From Hyphomicrobiales bacterium (lineage in GTDB: Bacteria > Pseudomonadota > Alphaproteobacteria > Rhizobiales > JAJFHC01), in NCBI GenBank assembly GCA_965227875.1, contig OZ245783.1:983750-1047749 (forward strand): 64,000 nucleotides of DNA, in the 5' to 3' direction. The notes under the pieces are model-generated. The model ran no database searches and was not told the DNA's origin. It saw nothing but the letters and a program-made list of their open reading frames with translations. Numbering within the stretch: the first letter of the stretch is position 1; every line of letters begins with the position of its first letter. The position numbers and the translations under genes were made by a program. This document shows positions 39,356-48,275 of the stretch, in pieces.

Positions 39356-39572
39356 ATGTCTATCCTTCCAGATAGTTGCCTCTCGGTGGGGAGAGGTGGC
39401 CCGCAGCCTCGATAGGACCGGCCGCCGGACAAGTCAACCGAAAACCGGTTTCACGCGCAGCCATGCGACAAGACGCGCGCGTGGCCGGTGCGGGGTTCCA
39501 CGGAAGTCTTGAACGCCGGCATGCAAAGGTGCAAATACAGCCACGGGATCAAACGGGGAGAGTGTCCTGGAC

Positions 39573-40520
39573 ATGAACACGCCTTTGCCGCCGGCCGGCT
39601 ATCTCGCGCCGCCGACGCCGGATCACTGCCGGTCCATGCTCGATGACTGGGTCGTCGACTCCATGCCCCTCTCGTCAGCCGCCGCACAAAAGGTGCTGAC
39701 CAGTCATGAGCGGCGCATGCGCGTCAAGCATGTCGAACGGACACTGAAATCCCTGGTCGGGCTGGACAAGCCGGTCACGTCGTTTCGCTCGCCGGGTTTC
39801 GTCAAGAACGAATACGAACGCATCTGGACGTCATACGACTGGCCGCGGTCGGACGCACCGTCCGACGGCCGCAAACCGACGCTCGCGCGATGGTCGGACG
39901 AGTTTCTTGTGCTCCGGAACGGTGCGCTGGACCGCATGGAACTCGATCGCATATGCGCCGCCATCGAACATCTGCGCCCCCGTTCGATCCTCGAGGTCGG
40001 CTGCGGTGTCGGCCGCAACCTGTTCGTTCTGAGCGCAATGTATCCGGACATCGAGTTCTCTGGACTGGAACTCTCCGACGCCGGCATCGCCACCGCACAT
40101 TCCGTTCAGGCGGAAGACCGGTTGCCGGACGTCCTCGCCGCCTTCTGCCCGCGTGAGGTAAAGGATCTCACCGCGCACAAACGCATTGCCTTCACCCAGG
40201 GCAATGCGCGCGACCTGCCTTTCGGGGACGGCTCCTTCGACGTGGTGTTTTCACGCCTGGCGCTCGAACAGATGGACCCGATCAAGGACGATGTTCTGGC
40301 CGGGATGCGCCGCGTGGTATCCGGGGCCGCGGTGTTTGCCGAACCGTTCGTCGACTGCAACGCATCCGGCCTCCAGGATCTGATGCGCCGGGCCAAGAAT
40401 TATTTCTCTCTTTCGGTGGCCGGCCTTGCGGACTACGGGTTTGCGCCCGAAGCCTGTTTTTTCGACTGGCCGCACAAGATCAAGCAGTGCACCGGCCTCG
40501 TGGTCGCCCGGCCGGTCTGA
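39573..40520 (+). CDS. class I SAM-dependent methyltransferase
   Basis: Motif I ILEVGCGVGRN, then the post-I acidic residue (GLELSD) and VVFSRLALEQM. Confidence 0.7.
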   Translation: MNTPLPPAGYLAPPTPDHCRSMLDDWVVDSMPLSSAAAQKVLTSHERRMRVKHVERTLKSLVGLDKPVTSFRSPGFVKNEYERIWTSYDWPRSDAPSDGRKPTLARWSDEFLVLRNGALDRMELDRICAAIEHLRPRSILEVGCGVGRNLFVLSAMYPDIEFSGLELSDAGIATAHSVQAEDRLPDVLAAFCPREVKDLTAHKRIAFTQGNARDLPFGDGSFDVVFSRLALEQMDPIKDDVLAGMRRVVSGAAVFAEPFVDCNASGLQDLMRRAKNYFSLSVAGLADYGFAPEACFFDWPHKIKQCTGLVVARPV

Positions 40521-40548
40521 TCGGCCCCGGCAAGCCGGGACCACGGTG

Positions 40549-43110
40549 TCAGGCAACCGCCCGCGTGAGAACCTCGTTGAACTTCAGGCCGGCGGCGCCT
40601 TCGGCAACCCAGATGCAGGCGGCCGTGCGCCGTGACCCGTCCCTGAAGACGACGCTGATGGTCTCTCCCGGAGCGAGGTTGTGCACGGCGAGGATCCTCA
40701 GACCGTAGTCGCTCCGATTGACGATCCTGCTGCTTTCAGAGACACCGTCGGCTTCGATGGTCACTTCCTCGTCGGCGAACTCCCGCAGGCTCGACCGGCG
40801 GTCCTCCACATCCTTCGACACGTCGGCCAGGAAAGTCTCGACTTCGCTGGAAAGCCTGTTCGATATGGCGGCAAGCTCCGTCGCCACCGAGCGGACGTTT
40901 TCGGCTTCCGAGTTCGTCTCGCCGATCGCCTGGGAAACCTCCTCGACGCTGCTGGCGGACTGTGCGCTGCCGTCCGATGCCAGGCCGATGCTGCGCATGA
41001 TCTCTTCCGTCGCCGCTTCCTGCTCGTGCACGGCGGCGGCGACCGCGGAAGCAAGTTCCGTGACGTCGACCACGGACTTCGAGATCGACCGGATGGACGT
41101 CACCGCGTTGCCGGTGGACGCCTGCACGCTCGCGACCTGTTCGGCGATTTCCTCCGTCGCGTTCGCGGTCTGCTGCGAAAGCTGCTTAACCTCCTGCGCA
41201 ACCACCGCGAAGCCCTTGCCTGCATCGCCGGCGCGCGCCGCCTCGATCGTCGCGTTCAGCGCAAGGAGATTCGTCTGTTCGGCGATGTTCCGGATAATCT
41301 CTACCACATTGCCGATTTTCTGGGCTGTCTCGGCCAGGCTCTCCACGTCCTTGTCGGTCGCGTTGGCGGTGTTCGACACATCCGTCGCGAGTTGGCTGAC
41401 CTGGTTCGTCTGGGAAGAGATCTCCCGTATCGAGGAGGAGAGTTCCTCGGCCGCCGAAGCGACGGTCTGCACGTTCGCCGACGTATCCGAGGCACCGTCG
41501 CGCGCCTTTGCGGCATCGCCGGTCGCCCGTTCCGAGACGCTGTAGAGCGTCTCGGCGGTCGCGTTCATCTTGGTCGTGCCGCCGCCGACGGCCCCCAGGT
41601 TCTGTTCGATCTGCCCGCGGAATTTCTCGATGACGTTCTTCATGTATTCCTGGCGCAGACGTTCGTTTTCACGCTCCTGGCGGGCCGCGATTTCAAGCCG
41701 GCCACGCTCGATCGCGTTGTCCTTGAACACCTCGACGGCCTTGGCCATCTCCCCGATCTCGTCCTTGCGGTCGAGAGCGGGCACCTCGAGGTCCGTATCG
41801 CCGGCTGCGAGGCGTCGCATGGCCGACGTCATGGACACAATGGGATTTGCGAACCCGCGCGCGATCAGGAGCCCGATGACGACGATCCCGGCGATGCCGA
41901 TCGCGCCGATCACCAGCATGACTTTCGTCAGCAGGTACTCGGCCGCAAACGCCTCGCTGACGTCGATTTCCGCGACGAGCGCCCAGGTGACGCCGAGAAT
42001 GTCGACGGGCGTGAACGACGAAACGACTTCCGTGCCTGCATAGTTGTCGAGCACCCGCGAGCCCGTTTCACCCTTGAAAACGCTGGCCACGGCGACCGAC
42101 CTGACGGAACCGGCGTCGGGATTGCGGAACGAGGCGTCCACCGAGCGGCCCGCACTGTCATGCAGCGCGTTGGACCGCATCAGGTAGTCCGGGCCGACGA
42201 GATAGGTTTCGCCGGTTTCGCCAAGCCCTGTGCGTTCGTCCATCACGGCCGCGATGCGGTCCACCGGCATCTGGAAGATCAGGACCCCGGTCACCGTTTC
42301 GCCATCGAAGATCGGCGCCGCGATGAAACTCGCAGGCGCATTGTAGGACGGCAGGTACTGTGCGAAGTCGACGAAGACGAACTCGCCCTTGGTCTTGATT
42401 TCACGGGCCTTCCGGAACGCCTCGCCGAAATTTGTCTCGGCATAGGGCCCGTCCACGAGCGACGTGGCGAAGTCCAGTTCCTTGTAGACCGAGTAGACGA
42501 TCTTCCCGTCTTTCGCATCGACGAGGAAGATGTCGTAGTAGCCGAACTTCTCGAGAAAGTTCCTGAAGGCCGAATGGTACTTCTTGTGTGAGAGCGTATA
42601 GGCGGAATTGTCCGAGGCGGCTTCGAGGTCCACCTTCTTTCCGATCGGGTGTTCGTTGCCGGAGATGTAGGTGTACTGGAGGCCCACGGAGTTCGGATCG
42701 AGCGCATCGACAAGGGCGTCGATATCGAGAGAAGCGTCCGGATTGCTTTGGGCGAACTTTTCGGCGAACGGGCCGTTGTAGAACTTCTTGAGATGAGCCT
42801 TCATCTCGGCAAGCTTGTCGTCGCCATACATGTTCGACTGGTTGAAGATGCTGCCGCGTGCCGAAAACTCGCCCATGGCATCGACGACCATCCGGTTTTC
42901 CGCAAGCGTCAGCAACTGGTCGCGCACGGTGTCGAAGTATTTCTCGATGCTCGACTTCTTGATCTCGCGCACGGCGATCAGTTTCTGTTCGGCCTGATCT
43001 TCGATCGCACTGCCACTGACGTAGAGCGCGGCGAGACCCACTACCGAAAACGGCACAAGACCCATGATCAGAAAGGCCGCAACCAGTCGTGATTTCATGC
43101 TGATCGACAT
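40549..43110 (-). CDS. methyl-accepting chemotaxis protein with periplasmic Cache-like domain, HAMP and C-terminal PilZ domain
   Basis: Two TM segments flank a ~270-aa periplasmic region, followed by HAMP. The signalling hairpin reads [35 protein letters not shown]. The C-terminal ~100 aa carry RRSSLR (RxxxR) and, 21 aa later, NRSDYG ((D/N)xSxxG), the PilZ c-di-GMP-binding signature. Confidence 0.88.
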   Translation of the reverse strand: MSISMKSRLVAAFLIMGLVPFSVVGLAALYVSGSAIEDQAEQKLIAVREIKKSSIEKYFDTVRDQLLTLAENRMVVDAMGEFSARGSIFNQSNMYGDDKLAEMKAHLKKFYNGPFAEKFAQSNPDASLDIDALVDALDPNSVGLQYTYISGNEHPIGKKVDLEAASDNSAYTLSHKKYHSAFRNFLEKFGYYDIFLVDAKDGKIVYSVYKELDFATSLVDGPYAETNFGEAFRKAREIKTKGEFVFVDFAQYLPSYNAPASFIAAPIFDGETVTGVLIFQMPVDRIAAVMDERTGLGETGETYLVGPDYLMRSNALHDSAGRSVDASFRNPDAGSVRSVAVASVFKGETGSRVLDNYAGTEVVSSFTPVDILGVTWALVAEIDVSEAFAAEYLLTKVMLVIGAIGIAGIVVIGLLIARGFANPIVSMTSAMRRLAAGDTDLEVPALDRKDEIGEMAKAVEVFKDNAIERGRLEIAARQERENERLRQEYMKNVIEKFRGQIEQNLGAVGGGTTKMNATAETLYSVSERATGDAAKARDGASDTSANVQTVASAAEELSSSIREISSQTNQVSQLATDVSNTANATDKDVESLAETAQKIGNVVEIIRNIAEQTNLLALNATIEAARAGDAGKGFAVVAQEVKQLSQQTANATEEIAEQVASVQASTGNAVTSIRSISKSVVDVTELASAVAAAVHEQEAATEEIMRSIGLASDGSAQSASSVEEVSQAIGETNSEAENVRSVATELAAISNRLSSEVETFLADVSKDVEDRRSSLREFADEEVTIEADGVSESSRIVNRSDYGLRILAVHNLAPGETISVVFRDGSRRTAACIWVAEGAAGLKFNEVLTRAVA

Positions 43111-43324
43111 TTTGTTTCCCCAGCCCGGTATTCATCCACCTTATGGATTTGTTGGTCGGATTTACTTAAGAAACGATGAAGCCATTCCATCCGATTCTAT
43201 TCATTGGGATATTCGAACAGGCATGAAACCGCCGATTGCACGGATCGGACATGCATCGCTTGAACACGTTCTTTGACCGGGCCGACCGGACACCTATAGT
43301 GCGGGTTGAATAAACGGAAGGAAT

Positions 43325-44383
43325 GTGACCGTGAGCAGCAGTTCGACAGTCCGGAATCAGGCAGAACGCGAAACGTTCTATGCGAAGCTGGCCCCGCACA
43401 GCATGGCCCCGCTCTGGGAGGTTCTCAAGGACGTCATTCCGCCCGAACCCCGTGCAAGGGCGGCTGCCCATATCTGGCGCTACGAGGATGTCCGCCCCCT
43501 CCTGCTGGAATCCGGCGGGCTGCTGACCGCGGAAGAAGCCGAGAGACGCGTTCTCGTTCTGGAGAACCCCAGCTACCGGGGCCAGACCCGCACCACCGCA
43601 TCGCTGTATGCCGGGATCCAGCTCATCCTTCCCGGCGAGACCGCGCCGGCCCACCGTCACACCCCCTCCGCCCTACGTTTCATGATCGAGGGCGAACAGG
43701 GTTTCACGGCCGTCGGTGGCGAACGCACCACGATGCGCGAGGGCGACTTCGTCATCACGCCGGCCTGGGCTTGGCACGACCATGGCAACGAAGGCGACGC
43801 GCCGGTCGCGTGGCTCGACGGTCTCGACATCCCGATGCTGGGCTATTTCGAGGCCGTGTTCATGGAGGGATACAATGACCAGCGGCACGAAACCACGCGC
43901 CCCGAGGGCGATTCCATGGCCCGTTTCGGCGAGGGTCTCCTGCCTGTCGACGCGACATCGCGTTACGGCCAGACCACGCCCATCTTCAACTACCCCTACG
44001 AGCGCACCCGGGAAGCGCTTGTCCACGCCGCCCGGGGCGAGGATCCCGATCCCCATTTCGGCACGACCCTGAGATATGCGAACCCCCTGGACGGCGGCTG
44101 GGCCATGCCCACCATGGCGACCTGGATGACGCACCTGCAGTCGGGCGCGGAGACCGTGCCCGTGCGCTCCACCGACAGCATGGTCATGCACGTGGCCGAA
44201 GGCGACGGCACGGTGGAGGTCGGCGGGACCCGTTTTTCCTTCGGCCCCAAGGACACCATCTGCATCCCCGGCTGGCAGTGGCGGTCGATCCGGGCCTCCT
44301 CGGACTGTTTCCTGTTCTTCTTTTCGGACCGGGTCGTGCACGAAAAGCTGGGCTTCTTCAGGGAGGAACGCCGCACCGCCTGA
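43325..44383 (+). CDS. gentisate 1,2-dioxygenase (bicupin)
   Basis: 352 aa with APLWEVL, LPGETAPAHRHTPSALRFMIEGEQGFTAV and ITPAWAWHDH motifs. GTG start. Confidence 0.85.
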   Translation: MTVSSSSTVRNQAERETFYAKLAPHSMAPLWEVLKDVIPPEPRARAAAHIWRYEDVRPLLLESGGLLTAEEAERRVLVLENPSYRGQTRTTASLYAGIQLILPGETAPAHRHTPSALRFMIEGEQGFTAVGGERTTMREGDFVITPAWAWHDHGNEGDAPVAWLDGLDIPMLGYFEAVFMEGYNDQRHETTRPEGDSMARFGEGLLPVDATSRYGQTTPIFNYPYERTREALVHAARGEDPDPHFGTTLRYANPLDGGWAMPTMATWMTHLQSGAETVPVRSTDSMVMHVAEGDGTVEVGGTRFSFGPKDTICIPGWQWRSIRASSDCFLFFFSDRVVHEKLGFFREERRTA

Positions 44384-44403
44384 CGCCGTTCACCGGCGCA
44401 AGC

Positions 44404-44435
44404 AAAAACGGCGGCGCCGAGGCGCCGCCGTTTTC
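44404..44435. terminator. bidirectional Rho-independent terminator
   Basis: AAAAA-CGGCGGCGCC-ga-GGCGCCGCCG-TTTT lies between the convergent dioxygenase and porin genes. Confidence 0.8.
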
Positions 44436-44454
44436 GGAAAATATCGTAGCGGGA

Positions 44455-45024
44455 TCAGAAGTTGAACCTGAAACCGGCCCTGATCGAATGGTCCTCGAAA
44501 TCCGGTCCGGATACCGAGATGTTCCTGTAGCGATAACCGACGTCGAGCTGCGTCTCGCGCGTCACGTCGAAGGTCAGGCCGGTATAGGCCGCCAGCGCGA
44601 GGCCGTCGTCGTCATTGCCGCCGTCGACCTGGACATCGCCATAACCCACGCCGAGACCGACATAGGGCTTGAGCCATTCGTTGATCGGCAGATCCACGTA
44701 ACCGTTGGCCAGCACGGACCACGCCTCGGCGTCACGGCCGTTGTTGAGGTCGTACTCGCCCGTGTAGTCGAGCGTCAGGTCGGTACGGAAGTTCTCGGAC
44801 CAGCGGTAGCCGAGACCACCGCCGAGCGTCCAGGCTTCGTCGCCGCCCTGGCCGTCGAAAAACCCGATGCCGGCATCACCGCGCACGTACCAGCGATAGA
44901 CATTCACGACCGGAGCGGAGTCGTAGACGACCGGCTGGGTCGGCATGTCGGCCGCCATGGACGGGCCGGAAACGGCGAGGAGTGCGGCTGCTGCGGTAGC
45001 TGTGAGGAGCGTAAACTTCTTCAT
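44455..45024 (-). CDS. Omp25/Omp31-family outer-membrane beta-barrel protein
   Basis: MKKFTLLTATAAAALLAVSGPSMAAD signal peptide. The body has YVRGDAGIGF... strands and ends in the terminal RAGFRFNF. The track ORF was trimmed to ATG 45024 (GAAAGGAAAG RBS). Confidence 0.85.
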   Translation of the reverse strand: MKKFTLLTATAAAALLAVSGPSMAADMPTQPVVYDSAPVVNVYRWYVRGDAGIGFFDGQGGDEAWTLGGGLGYRWSENFRTDLTLDYTGEYDLNNGRDAEAWSVLANGYVDLPINEWLKPYVGLGVGYGDVQVDGGNDDDGLALAAYTGLTFDVTRETQLDVGYRYRNISVSGPDFEDHSIRAGFRFNF

Positions 45025-45240
45025 GTCTTTCCTTTCGATCGCCGGGGAGCGATCAGTCTTGGTGCCTGACGCTGATCTAGTGATCAATAATGACAAAAAC
45101 GCGGCATGAGACGGCCGGTTCCGAGATCTACGAAAATTTGATCCTCTGTTGCCGCAGTGCAACACCACGGCCTGTCCGGGCACGGTCGCGCGCACCGAAC
45201 CTGCAGTTGCCCGATCAAAGGCAAGCCATTGTGCCAAAAA

Positions 45241-45268
45241 CAAAAAACCCCGCCGCGAGGCGGGGTTT
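45241..45268 (-). terminator. Rho-independent terminator after the second porin gene
   Basis: The minus strand reads CCCCGCC-tcgc-GGCGGGG followed by TTTTTTG. Confidence 0.75.
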
Positions 45269-45291
45269 CCTGTAAAGGATGTGTGTTCCGG

Positions 45292-45981
45292 TCAGTCGTT
45301 GAAATTGTACCGGATACCGACACGCACGTCGTGAGACACGAGATCCTTGACGACGATCGGGTCGTTGCCTTTCGCCTTGGCCTTGCCGAGGTCGATATAG
45401 CGGTAACCCGCATCGAGCGAGACGTTGTCGGACAGTTCGACCTGTACGCCGGCCATGACCGCCCAGGCGAAGTCGGCGCGCGTATTGTTGCGCTGGCCCG
45501 CCGGCAGGTTGATGTCATGAAGGTTGTTGAGCGTCAGGCCCGCGCCGACACCGACATAAGGTGTCACGCCGCCGATATTGGCGATGTCCCAGTAGGCGTT
45601 GACCATACCGGTATAGGCGGTGAATTCCGCATCGAGATCGTTGAACGGCGTATCCATCGTGGCGCCGTCGCGCACGCCGACCGTGATGTCCGCGCGGAAG
45701 TACGGCGTCACCTGGCAACCGACACCTGCATCGGCAAACCAAGAATCGTCCATGTCCTCACCGAAGGCCGCGCTGTGGTTCTTGCTGACCTTGGGCTTGT
45801 CGTTGAACGAATAACCGCCATCGACACGCACATAGATGCAGGACGGTTCAGCCACGTCCACCACCGGCGGCGGAACGAGAATAGGCGGCTCCGGCGGCAT
45901 ATCCGCGGCAAATGCCTGACCTGCTCCGAGGAAGAGGGCAGCGGCCACGCAAGCTTGTTTCATTGTGGTACGCATACGCAT
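45292..45981 (-). CDS. Omp25/Omp31-family outer-membrane beta-barrel protein (paralogue)
   Basis: MRMRTTMKQACVAAALFLGAGQAFAAD signal peptide, then YVRVDGGYSF... and the terminal VGIRYNFND. GGAG lies 8 nt before ATG 45981. Confidence 0.85.
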   Translation of the reverse strand: MRMRTTMKQACVAAALFLGAGQAFAADMPPEPPILVPPPVVDVAEPSCIYVRVDGGYSFNDKPKVSKNHSAAFGEDMDDSWFADAGVGCQVTPYFRADITVGVRDGATMDTPFNDLDAEFTAYTGMVNAYWDIANIGGVTPYVGVGAGLTLNNLHDINLPAGQRNNTRADFAWAVMAGVQVELSDNVSLDAGYRYIDLGKAKAKGNDPIVVKDLVSHDVRVGIRYNFND

Positions 45982-46300
45982 AAAATCTACTCCATCAATC
46001 GCCCGGCACCGGCAAGCCGGCCAGAGGGCAAACAAATACTCTTCACCTCGTCTCCGGACCGGATCACCGGTTCGGAACCGCAGTTTCCCAATCCCCATCA
46101 GGTCACTGCCGAAACGAAACCCCGGGAAACGGAGATCTCGCTTGTTCGGTTAACCTTAGTAATTAACCAAACAGATTAAGAAGGATTTAATCGCGATTAT
46201 TTTCGAAAAATTTATCGTGTTTGGTGATTTTGCGAGTGAATACTTTGTTAACCTGAGTAAAACATGCGTTTACATATGACCCAGAACGGAACAGGCCGAC

Positions 46301-46912
46301 ATGAGCATTGAGTTTCTGATCACCTCGATCATCGTCGTGCTGCTGCCCGGCACAGGCGTACTCTATACGCTCGCCGTCGGCCTCGGACAGGGCCTGAAAG
46401 CCAGCATCTATGCGGCTTTCGGCTGCACGCTCGGCATCGTGCCCCACGTCATGGCCAGCATCGTGGGCCTAGCGGCCCTGCTCCATGCCAGTGCGACGGC
46501 GTTCCAGATCGTGAAGTTTCTCGGGGTGATCTACCTTTTCTACATGGCCTGGAAGATCCTTCGGGACGGCGGCGCGCTGAGCGTCTCGGAAAAAAAGGCC
46601 GGCATGGCCGCACGACGTATCGTGTTCAACGGCGTCGCCCTGAACGTCCTCAATCCGAAACTGTCGCTCTTTTTCCTGGCATTCCTGCCCCAGTTCATAC
46701 CGTCGGGCACGGCAGACCCGACCATGATCCTGCTCGGGCTGGCCCTGACCTTCATGGGCCTGACCTTCGTCGTCTTCGTTGGATATGGCGCCTGCGCGTC
46801 CCTGGCGCGGACCTATGTCATCTCGCGGCCCGTGGTCCTGACCTGGCTGCGACGTTCCTTCGCGGGCGCTTTCGGCCTGCTTGGTCTGCGCCTGGCCCTC
46901 GCCGAGCGCTGA
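46301..46912 (+). CDS. LysE/RhtB-family amino-acid exporter
   Basis: 203 aa and six predicted TM segments. The N-terminal LPGTGVLYTLAVGLGQG is typical of the family. Confidence 0.85.
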   Translation: MSIEFLITSIIVVLLPGTGVLYTLAVGLGQGLKASIYAAFGCTLGIVPHVMASIVGLAALLHASATAFQIVKFLGVIYLFYMAWKILRDGGALSVSEKKAGMAARRIVFNGVALNVLNPKLSLFFLAFLPQFIPSGTADPTMILLGLALTFMGLTFVVFVGYGACASLARTYVISRPVVLTWLRRSFAGAFGLLGLRLALAER

Positions 46913-47002
46913 CGACGCGGCAAGAGCGCACTGCTGACAGGATGCTGTCAGTTCGGCTGAGATAGGGTCGTCCGGATTTCGCCCGGCAACACGGACCATT
47001 GC

Positions 47003-48154
47003 GTGATGGAACCCTTCAAGAACGTTTTTTCGCCCGCCCTTGTAGACACGGTCGCCGGCCATCTCGCCAGGCGGCTGCCGGAGTTCGACCGCAAGGCGTT
47101 CGAAGACAGCGTCGTGCCCCGTCTCGACGCTCTGGAACTCAAGGACCGTGCCCAGCTCATCGCCGATGCCGTGCATGCCGCCCTTCCGCTCGATGGCGGG
47201 GCGCGCGCCGCGATCCTGGCCGACATGCTCCATCCCGACGCGAGCAACGAGACGGGCGCGAGGAGCGACGAACGCGGCCTGCGCGGCTGGGCCGTCCTGC
47301 CGCTTTCGCTTGTGGTGGGCCAGAACGGCCTGAAGGATTTCGACCGGTCGCTCGGGCTGCTTCGCGAAATGACCTGCCGCTTTACCGCGGAGTTCGCCAT
47401 CCGGTACTTCATGCTCGCCGACCAGGCGCGTACGCTGCGGACGCTGACGGACTGGGTGCACGACCCCAGCGTCAATGTGCGCCGGCTCGTCTCCGAAGGC
47501 ACCCGCCCGCGTCTGCCCTGGGCCATGCAGCTGCCCGCCCTGATCGCGGACCCCTCGCCCACCCTCCCCCTGCTGGAGGCCCTGCGCGACGACGAGGAGG
47601 AGTATGTGCGGCGGTCGGTGGCCAACCACCTGAACGATATCGCGAAGGACCACCCCGACCTCGTGGCCAACCTCGCCGGCAAGTGGATCGGGGATGCCGG
47701 CGAAGACCGGCGGCGACTGCTGCGCCATGCGTGCCGCAGCCTGATCAAGCAGGGACATGAACGGACCCTGGACGTATTCGGACTGGGACAGCCGCTGATC
47801 GCCCCCGTCGAGATCGGCACCGGGACGCCGGTTGTCCGTTTCGGCGCAGTCCTGGAGTTCACCGCGGAAATACGTTCGGTTTCGGGCCAGCCCCAGTCAC
47901 TCCTCGTCGACTACGTGCTGCACTTCCTGAAAGCAAACGGCACCCGTGCCGCCAAGGTGTTCAAGTGGACGCGGTTCGACCTCGCGCCGGGCGAGAGCCG
48001 TGTGATCGCACGCCGCCACCCCATCCGCCCGATCACCACCCGCCGCTACTATCCGGGCGCCCAGGCCATCTCCCTGCGCATCAACGGCCGCGACCACGGC
48101 ATGTGCGAGTTCGACCTGACCATGGACAGCGAGGATGCCTGTGCCGGCAATTAG
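47003..48154 (+). CDS. HEAT-repeat DNA-alkylation-repair-like protein
   Basis: DPSVNVRRLVSEGTRPRLPWA ... DDEEEYVRRSVANHLNDIAKDHPD resembles the DNA_alkylation (AlkC/AlkD-like) repeat family. Confidence 0.6.
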   Translation: MMEPFKNVFSPALVDTVAGHLARRLPEFDRKAFEDSVVPRLDALELKDRAQLIADAVHAALPLDGGARAAILADMLHPDASNETGARSDERGLRGWAVLPLSLVVGQNGLKDFDRSLGLLREMTCRFTAEFAIRYFMLADQARTLRTLTDWVHDPSVNVRRLVSEGTRPRLPWAMQLPALIADPSPTLPLLEALRDDEEEYVRRSVANHLNDIAKDHPDLVANLAGKWIGDAGEDRRRLLRHACRSLIKQGHERTLDVFGLGQPLIAPVEIGTGTPVVRFGAVLEFTAEIRSVSGQPQSLLVDYVLHFLKANGTRAAKVFKWTRFDLAPGESRVIARRHPIRPITTRRYYPGAQAISLRINGRDHGMCEFDLTMDSEDACAGN

Positions 48155-48275
48155 CCGGCCGAAACGGCGCAACCGTGCAGCGCGATGACGCTTATGTAAC
48201 GTTCCCGGCCCTTGCCCCGCCCTATAGATACCGGTCGAAGGACAATTCCCGCCCGCGGGACAGGCACGGAGACCG

